Of a stretch of DNA of 64,000 bases, positions 58,400 to 64,000 are shown one piece after another; position 1 is the first letter of the stretch, and the number at the start of each line of letters is the position of its first letter. The DNA is taken from NCBI GenBank assembly GCA_963931165.1, contig OZ006985.1:207900-271899 (forward strand), written 5' to 3'. The DNA is from an uncultured Christensenellaceae bacterium. Its GTDB lineage: Bacteria > Bacillota > Clostridia > Christensenellales > UBA3700. Made by a program: the position numbers and the translations under genes. A model generated the notes under the pieces. It was not told where the DNA came from. It made no database searches and saw nothing but the letters and a program-made list of their open reading frames with translations.

Positions 58400-58747
58400 T
58401 TAAGGATTGACCTCGGCGGTGTTTATTGAAGCTATAAGCATTCTTCTGATTTTTCCGGCAATGTTTGTCAATTCCACTGCCGTATCATTGCTTGTTAATT
58501 CGGCTTGTTTGAACAATTCAAGCCAATATTCAGATTCATAGCACTCTTTGAGAGCAATCTTTAATTTTGATATAAAGTCTATCTTGCTATGAGCATAATT
58601 TGCCTCTCTCAAATTTGCGCCTATACTCGTTGCCGATCGTTCCAATTGGTTTCTTAATGATGAATGACCCTGTATCGTTTCGCACAATCTAATGATTTTG
58701 ATGGCAAAACTCATTGATAGATCTTTAAGCTCTGTTGTTTTTGTCAT
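58400..58747 (-). CDS. four-helix-bundle protein (23S rRNA intervening-sequence protein / Avd-like family)
   Basis: FAIKIIRLCE..LRNQLERSATSIGANLREANYAHSKIDFISKLKIALKECYESEYWLEL is the family signature. AAGGAG RBS. Confidence 0.75.
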   Translation of the reverse strand: MTKTTELKDLSMSFAIKIIRLCETIQGHSSLRNQLERSATSIGANLREANYAHSKIDFISKLKIALKECYESEYWLELFKQAELTSNDTAVELTNIAGKIRRMLIASINTAEVNP

Positions 58748-58775
58748 AATTTTCTCCTTAAGTCAATTATAGCAT

Positions 58776-59059
58776 TATTTTTCGCACGAGAAAAGTTATT
58801 GTGCTCAAAACCACAGATATTCAACGAATCTTTTGGTGAAATGAGCGTTCACGATGTTCACGCTCGTGAAATGACCGCATTGCGGTCGTGAAATTGACGC
58901 GCTGTGCGCGTCCGTGAAATAAAATTCGCCTCATCGTCGCGCAGCGACATTTCATGTTTGCGCACCGCGCAAACATTTCACTCCGCGCAGCGGAATTTCA
59001 CTCGCCGATAAGGCGAATTTCACTGAGATGACGAGGTCAAATTTGACCTCGTCATCTCA
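58776..59059 (-). repeat. 284-bp inverted repeat, right copy
   Basis: See 56695-56978. On the minus strand it starts directly after a tRNA-3'-end-like ...CCGGGTGCGCCA and runs into the promoter/RBS of the four-helix-bundle gene. Confidence 0.85.
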
Positions 59060-59257
59060 TGGCGCACCCGGCGGGACTTGTAAGGACGAGCTTTGCGAGG
59101 ACGGAATAGCGGAGTGTAACGACGCGTCACGATTTCGGTGCCCGACGGGGCAGCGGAGCGCAGGGCGAGGCAGGGGCTCGGCGCAAAAAAGCGACAGGGG
59201 GAACACTTCCCTAACCTGTCGCTTTTTGCGGCACGCTTGAGCCGATGCCCGAAGCGT
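59060..59257 (+). repeat. ~200-bp repeat family, copy B2, headed by tRNA-Arg 3'-end-like sequence
   Basis: Starts TGGCGCACCCGGCGGGACTTGTAAGG (compare the tRNA-Arg gene, TGGTGCACCCGGCGGGATTTGAACCC). Contains the hairpin GCAAAAAAGCGACAGG..CCTGTCGCTTTTTGC. Confidence 0.65.
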
Positions 59258-59488
59258 TGGCGCACCCGGCGGGACTTGTAAGGAGCGAGGCATCTTGCCA
59301 AGCGACGGAATAGCGAGCGCCGTTAGGATACGGCGAGGCACCGCCGTGCCGAGCCGCGCGAGCGTCACTCGGTCGGTATCCCGCCGGGCGCACCGTGACA
59401 AAAGCGAGCAAAAACGAAGCGGGCAAAAAGAAAAGAGAAGCCGCATGACTTCTCTTTTTTGCCCGCTGCCGATAGGCGAGCGTTGTCA
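59258..59488 (+). repeat. ~200-bp repeat family, copy B3, abutting tRNA-Arg
   Basis: Starts with the same 25-mer TGGCGCACCCGGCGGGACTTGTAAGG. Shares GACGGAATAGCG. Hairpin GGGCAAAAAGAAAAGAGAAG..CTTCTCTTTTTTGCCC. An inverted partial copy TCCCGCCGGGCGCACC lies at about 59379-59394. Confidence 0.6.
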
Positions 59489-59565
59489 TGGTGCACCCGG
59501 CGGGATTTGAACCCACAGCCTTCGCCGTCGGAGGGCGACGCTCTATCCAATTGCGCTACGGATGC
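59489..59565 (-). tRNA. tRNA-Arg (anticodon CCG)
   Basis: Minus strand reads GCATCCG..TCGCC-CTCCGAC-GGCGA..GTGGGTTCAAATCCCGC-CGGGTGC-ACCA. Hand-folded cloverleaf with encoded CCA. Confidence 0.88.
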
Positions 59566-59613
59566 ATAGTAAAGCGGGGCGAGCGGCGCCCGTCCCGCAA
59601 GTCGTTTCGCGGC

Positions 59614-59841
59614 TTACTTGTGCGCCTCGATGTAGTCGGCGACGTCGCCGATGGTCCGGAAGTTGATCGCCGCTTCGTCGTCGATCGTAATACCGTAGAC
59701 TTCCTCTACCTGCATGATGAACTCCACCTTGTCGAGAGAGTCGGCGTGGATGTCGTCGGTGAGATTGGTGTCGGCGGTGAGGTCCGCCTCGTCAACGCCG
59801 AGTTTTTCGGATATGATCTTTTTGAGTTCGTCGAGAACCAT
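59614..59841 (-). CDS. acpP: acyl carrier protein
   Basis: LTDDIHADSLDKVEFIMQVEEVYGI (DSLD phosphopantetheine attachment site), 75 aa. Confidence 0.88.
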   Translation of the reverse strand: MVLDELKKIISEKLGVDEADLTADTNLTDDIHADSLDKVEFIMQVEEVYGITIDDEAAINFRTIGDVADYIEAHK

Positions 59842-59909
59842 GATTGCCTCCTTGTGCCGCGGTCGCGGCTTTGTATCGAAGATTATTGTACTACTTGCCG
59901 CGCTTTATG

Positions 59910-60338
59910 TCAACGCTTTGGCAACAATACCGTCTCGCAGTCGCGCTCTCCGCCGGCGACGGCAAGAGTATACCCGGGGAAGATGTCGAAATATCGCGCC
60001 TCTTCGCGCGGCAAGCCCTCTCTCACGTCCGAGAGTCGTATCCCCTCTCCCGTCAATTTGCGCCGCGCCTCGTAGGCGGTCCAGCTTTGGATGTCGCTCA
60101 CGCGCGAAGCGCGGTCGCTCTTTTCGAGATCTATCCCGACGGGCGTCGCCGACACGGCGATCACGATTTTGGCGCCGGTGTGCGTTATCGACACAAAATA
60201 CCCTTCACAAACCGGCGCGCCGCGCTCGTCGTAACGTATCGTGCCGATCGGTTTTTCACCGCGCTCTTTCAGCTTTTCGTCGATTGCGGAGAGCAGCTCT
60301 TCGCGCGCGATCTCGCCGTCGTAGGCGAACAATATCAT
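59910..60338 (-). CDS. small 4'-phosphopantetheinyl transferase superfamily protein
   Basis: PVGIDLEKS.. and WTAYEARRKLTGEGI (W..KEA..K motif). 142 aa from ATG 60336-60338, which overlaps the malQ stop (ATGA). Confidence 0.6.
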   Translation of the reverse strand: MILFAYDGEIAREELLSAIDEKLKERGEKPIGTIRYDERGAPVCEGYFVSITHTGAKIVIAVSATPVGIDLEKSDRASRVSDIQSWTAYEARRKLTGEGIRLSDVREGLPREEARYFDIFPGYTLAVAGGERDCETVLLPKR

Positions 60339-61831
60339 ACGCGATAGCGGCCGTACAGCCCGTTGATGTAGCTGAAATATCTCCTGTCGACGCTGCGCAT
60401 CGCGTCCTCGGTCGCGCGGAACGTCCAGTTGCCGTCGGCTACGCCGGGGGTGTTCATCCTGCAATCGGCGCCGTAGCCGCAAAGGTCTTGAAAGGGGACG
60501 ATCGCGAGGCGGCAGCAGCTGGCGATGAGCCTGCGGATGAACTGCTTTGTCGGCTTGCAGTCATACCCTCCGCCGCCCCAATATGCGCGGTCGCACTCGA
60601 TATATCTGAGCATATAATCGAGTATGTTCTCGGGCAGCGAGTACATCCAGCCGAGAGTGGTGTTGTTGTCGTGCGTGGCGGTGTAACCCACGCAATTGCG
60701 GCTGAAATTGTGCGGCAAATGGATGCTGTCGCCGTCCTCAAAGCCGAATTGCATCACGCGCATGCACGGCAGTCCGGTGTAGGCAAGCAGTTCGTTGACG
60801 TCTTCGTCGATGATGCCGAGGTCCTCGGCGATGAAGCGCTCGCGCGGATACTTTTTGAACACTTTTGGGAAGAGTTCTTTGCCGACGCCTTTGCGCCACT
60901 CCCCTTCTTTGGCGGTCTTCGCCTTTGCGTCGACAGCCCAAAACGCGCTGAATGCGCGGAAGTGGTCGATGCGCAGCACGTCGTACAGCTCCATCATCCT
61001 GTCAATGCGCGATAGCCACCATTTGAAGCCGTCCTTGCGCATATGCGAGTAGTTGTAGAGGGGGTTGCCCCACAGCTGACCGTCCGCGCTGAAATAGTCG
61101 GGCGGCACGCCGGCGACTTCGGTCGGGACGAGATCTTCGTCCAATTTGAACAGCGACGGATCGCCCCAAACGTCCGCACTGTCGAGGCTGACGTACATGG
61201 GCATATCGCCGATCACGCGCACGTTTTTGAGCGCGAGCGCATCGCGCACTTCGCGCCATTGACGATCGAAAATATATTGTTCGAATACATAGTAGCGATA
61301 CTCGCGCTCAAACTCGGAAACGAGCGCGTTGCTGCCGCCGCGCGAGGCGAACTTGAACCTGTCTTCCCATTGCCACCACGGCGCGCCGCCGTGCGCGTCC
61401 TTGATCGCCATGAACAGCGCATAGTCGGGCAGCCACGCATGCTCCTTTGCAAACTTGTCGAGCGCGGCTCCGTCGCGGAAATTGTCGAACGCCTTGCGCA
61501 AAAGCGCCCTCTTTGCGTCGCGGCAAAAGACGTAGTTGACCGCATAGGGGTCGTCATAGCGGCACTTGTCCGCGTCCTCGCGGCTGACCAAGCCGTCGCG
61601 GACGAGCCTGTCCGGATCGACATAGAGGAAATTGCCGGCAAACGCGCTCGAACCCGAATAGGGCGACCAGCCGGTGCCTATCGTCGTGACCGGCAAGATC
61701 TGCCAATAGTGAAAACCGCTCTCGAGCATGAAGTCGGCGAACCTTTCTGTCTCCTCGCCGAATCCGCCGATGCCGTACTTGGACGGCAGCGAAGAGATAT
61801 TGAGCAATATGCCGCTGCTTCTGTTAAGCAT
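60335..61831 (-). CDS. malQ: 4-alpha-glucanotransferase (GH77 amylomaltase)
   Basis: SGILLNISSLPSKYGIGGFG..YWQILP..RIDHFRAF..IAEDLG..TATHDN. Confidence 0.92.
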   Translation of the reverse strand: MLNRSSGILLNISSLPSKYGIGGFGEETERFADFMLESGFHYWQILPVTTIGTGWSPYSGSSAFAGNFLYVDPDRLVRDGLVSREDADKCRYDDPYAVNYVFCRDAKRALLRKAFDNFRDGAALDKFAKEHAWLPDYALFMAIKDAHGGAPWWQWEDRFKFASRGGSNALVSEFEREYRYYVFEQYIFDRQWREVRDALALKNVRVIGDMPMYVSLDSADVWGDPSLFKLDEDLVPTEVAGVPPDYFSADGQLWGNPLYNYSHMRKDGFKWWLSRIDRMMELYDVLRIDHFRAFSAFWAVDAKAKTAKEGEWRKGVGKELFPKVFKKYPRERFIAEDLGIIDEDVNELLAYTGLPCMRVMQFGFEDGDSIHLPHNFSRNCVGYTATHDNNTTLGWMYSLPENILDYMLRYIECDRAYWGGGGYDCKPTKQFIRRLIASCCRLAIVPFQDLCGYGADCRMNTPGVADGNWTFRATEDAMRSVDRRYFSYINGLYGRYRV

Positions 61832-62972
61832 TGTCGCCCTCCTGCGCCTTTGCGCGGCGCTCCAACGCCCTCGTAAAGAAGTCGTCGACCAAGTTCATGA
61901 ACTCCTCGTCCGTATCGAAGACGACAGCCTTGTCCGAATAGCGGTAGTGCTCGTCGACGTTGTATTGGAAGATGTTCACTCCCTTGGGATCGTAAGGTGC
62001 TTGATCCTTGCTCTTTTCGTCATAATCGCTGTTGATGCACGCCTCGGCGGCGATCGATCGCGACAGCGTGTGCCCCTTGCCGGGATAGAGCATATACTCT
62101 GCATTGCGATTGACTATCTCGTCGCGGTGGACATAGACGGAGCTCTCGATCGGCACGGTGGGATCGTCGACGCTGTGCGCGATCAAAACGGGCCCGCCGT
62201 AGGCGTTTACGCCGCTCACTCCGTCGCCCTTGGCGTCCTTGCCGTACATTATCCTTTCAAGCAATCTGCTCCACGGTTTGAGCATGACAGCGAGCGAACC
62301 GACATAGCGCGACGCGTGGTGGCGCGTGATGTCCCAAGTGGCGTTGAAGCCGCTGAGCGAGGCGACAGCGGTCAACTCGTTGTGCCCGTAGTTGAGCATG
62401 TTTGCGGCGGCGTACCCCGACCAGCTGTGTCCATAGACGAGTATCGGCATCCCTTCGAACTCCTTGCGCGTCTTGACAAATTCTATCGCGTTGTGAAGGT
62501 CGACCTTTGACTGCATGAGGCTGCGCAAGCCCTTGCCTTGACTGAGACACGTCCCCGTCATGTCAAAAGTGAACACGTCGTAGCCGTGCTCTACGAACCA
62601 CGCGGTGCGGTTGAGATAGCCGTCCATATTGCAGCCGATGCCGTGGCTGACGATGACGAGCGCCTTGCCCCTCTCGGGCTTTCCGTCCGCAGCCTTGGCG
62701 GTATAGAGACAGCCGGCGAGCATGTTCTTGCCGGACATGAAGTTCATCTTCGTTTGATCCATGACGTCCTTATAGTCGTCATAGGTCAAGGTGTTTTTGA
62801 GAGGCGTCACACGCTTGCCGAACACGGCGTCGTTGACGATCTTTGCTCCGAGCAGGGGCAAGCCGACCGTCCAGCCGAACAAGCCGAATATCGTAAAAAA
62901 TCCGACCTTCATCCCGACGGCGAGCGCGCCCTTTTTGGGTCTTTGCCTGTGTGGCGATTGAATGTTGAGCAT
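61824..62972 (-). CDS. alpha/beta hydrolase with N-terminal membrane anchor
   Basis: TM segment VGFFTIFGLFGWTVGLPLL, an HG oxyanion motif (IVSHGIG), nucleophile elbow GHSWSG, and a distal D/H (HSVDD, GKGH). Confidence 0.75.
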   Translation of the reverse strand: MLNIQSPHRQRPKKGALAVGMKVGFFTIFGLFGWTVGLPLLGAKIVNDAVFGKRVTPLKNTLTYDDYKDVMDQTKMNFMSGKNMLAGCLYTAKAADGKPERGKALVIVSHGIGCNMDGYLNRTAWFVEHGYDVFTFDMTGTCLSQGKGLRSLMQSKVDLHNAIEFVKTRKEFEGMPILVYGHSWSGYAAANMLNYGHNELTAVASLSGFNATWDITRHHASRYVGSLAVMLKPWSRLLERIMYGKDAKGDGVSGVNAYGGPVLIAHSVDDPTVPIESSVYVHRDEIVNRNAEYMLYPGKGHTLSRSIAAEACINSDYDEKSKDQAPYDPKGVNIFQYNVDEHYRYSDKAVVFDTDEEFMNLVDDFFTRALERRAKAQEGDNA

Positions 62973-62984
62973 ATCTTCCTCCGT

Positions 62985-63399
62985 TTATTTCACCGTTATG
63001 CGCACCGATGCGGACGACGAGCTTATGCTGCCCGCCTTGCGCAAATACAGTCTTATCTCATATGTTCCCTGCGCGTTGAAAACAAGCGTTATCGACACGG
63101 GTACGGGATTTTTCAGCATTTCGTCGAGTTCGGTCTCGGCGACGTATCCGTCAACAGACTTATTGTCCACTCGATACGCCGTCAACGGACATATCTCCCG
63201 ACACGCTCGCGCCGACAATGCCGCCGTCCGTCCCCTTTTCAACCGCCGCTATGACGGAATCGGTGACCTCGGCGATGTAGTCCTCCATGGGTTTGGGCTG
63301 TTTGAGTGAGGCGTCGTCCGTGCACGCGACCGCAAGCAGACACGCCGCACACATGAGCGCGACGACTACCACGACCGAAATGCGCATGCCCGTCCTCAT
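62985..63399 (-). pseudogene. small lipoprotein gene, apparently split by a frameshift (or two overlapping small ORFs)
   Basis: Frame A (63399-63160): MRTGMRISVVVVVALMCAACLLAVAC (lipobox) ..DMSVDGVSSGQ*. Frame B continues from about 63200 to 62985: ..VDNKSVDGYVAETELDEML..RITVK*. The two frames overlap around 63160-63200. Confidence 0.35.
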
Positions 63400-63400
63400 C

Positions 63401-63777
63401 TCACCGCCTCGGGAAATCGACCGTGATCTCCAGTCCCGAAGGGGCGTTCGCCCTTGCGGCGATCGTGCCGCCGAGGCTCTCGACGATCGTCTTTGCGATC
63501 GCAAGTCCCAACCCCGTGCCCTGTATCTCGCCGACATTGGACGCACGGTAGAAGCGGTCGAAGATCTTCTCTTCGTCGCCCTTGGGGACGCCTATGCCGG
63601 TGTCCGCGACGACGAGCGCGCAACCGCCTCTCGCGGTGTTTTTGAGCTTGACGTTGATGCGGTCTCCGGGGCGGGTATATTTGACCGCATTGTCCAAAAG
63701 TATGCTGATGAGCTGTTTGACCTTGTCGCGGTCAAGCGAAAGCTGCGTGCTGTCGATGCGCGCGCTCAGCGCCTCCT
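63401..63777 (-). pseudogene. 5'-truncated sensor histidine kinase (HATPase_c remnant only)
   Basis: ..LDRDKVKQLISILLDNAVKYT (N box), VADTGIGVP (G1), DRFYRA (F), GTGLGLAIAK (G2). The frame is closed by TAG at 63778-63780. No H-box, dimerisation or sensor region, and AT-rich non-coding DNA lies upstream. Confidence 0.6.
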
Positions 63778-63894
63778 AAACCTTATCGTAAAAATGATAA
63801 CACATCGCGCGCGCATTTTCAATAGGCAACGGCGATTTTTTGCAATACTTTTTTAATATTTATGAAATGGCGATTTAAGCTGCGCGTCTTAGGG

Positions 63895-63933
63895 CACAAA
63901 AAACGCGCCCCGAAGGGCGCGCCGTGTGTTTTT
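63895..63933. terminator. bidirectional intrinsic terminator
   Basis: CGCGCCC-cgaa-GGGCGCG, flanked by an A-run (63897-63903) and a T-run (63929-63933). Confidence 0.65.
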
Positions 63934-63937
63934 CAAT

Positions 63938-64000
63938 TTAGGCGATGTCCTCTCCCTCAAACAGCGTCTCTTGCAATTCGGGAGCCACGAGCCCCTTTGC
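63938..64000 (-). CDS. 3' end of an unidentified gene running off the window
   Basis: Hand translation ..AKGLVAPELQETLFEGEDIA*, stop at 63938-63940, followed by the terminator above. Product unknown. Confidence 0.3.
   Translation of the reverse strand, partial: AKGLVAPELQETLFEGEDIA

Noticed and set aside
59060-59340. Possible additional tRNA genes or pseudogenes at the TGGCGCACCCGGCGGGAC.. heads (59060 and 59258)
   Set aside because: Trying to fold them as minus-strand tRNAs fails: the T-stem partner, anticodon stem and 5' acceptor strand do not pair. Only the last ~20 nt of tRNA-Arg are mimicked. They are treated as att-like or repeat heads, not tRNAs.
59020-59550. Multiple 60-130-aa ORFs on both strands within the B2/B3 repeats
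   Set aside because: They run through repeat units, terminator-like hairpins and part of the tRNA-Arg gene. Their translations are R/A/S/P-rich and mutually overlapping. They are not credible as genes.

Overview
GC-rich chromosomal window, probably from an endospore-forming Bacillota (Clostridia-like) genome. Support: Firmicute-type 16S, gpr next to rpsT, and mrnC-thyX-rlmB-sigH gene order. Most of it is housekeeping: rlmH, fumarate hydratase, glnS, fhs, one 16S rRNA, mnmA, murI, rpsT, pgk-tpiA-gpmI, thyX, carAB, purF, alaS, type III glutamine synthetase, Amt, acpP and malQ. All calls rest on reading the translations and DNA by eye; no database search was run. Three visibly AT-rich islets interrupt this backbone. 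(1) 16.9-19.1 kb carries a TIR domain fused to a class I SAM-methyltransferase, translationally coupled to a GNAT. (2) 23.7-25.3 kb carries a second, diverged TIR-methyltransferase fusion. I know of no described system with this architecture, so these two are the best candidate for a new defence or NAD-signalling module. (3) 56.7-59.5 kb lies between tRNA-Leu(CAG) and tRNA-Arg(CCG). It holds an AT-rich two-gene cassette (4-TM protein plus four-helix-bundle protein) bracketed by 284-bp near-identical inverted repeats built from ATTTCAC-punctuated GC hairpins, next to ~200-bp repeats headed by tRNA-Arg 3'-end-like sequence. Other oddities: an in-frame CarB-DapF fusion, a 16S gene with no linked 23S/5S, a short AlaRS lacking the C-Ala domain, an Amt-PII fusion, a CGCGCATATGCGCG palindrome shared by the fhs and carA/purF control regions, XRE regulators with twin operators embedded in the glycolytic cluster, a 940-bp repeat-bearing non-coding gap, a truncated histidine kinase and a possibly frameshifted lipoprotein. 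Many long ORFs in the supplied track are antisense shadows of real genes and were rejected.
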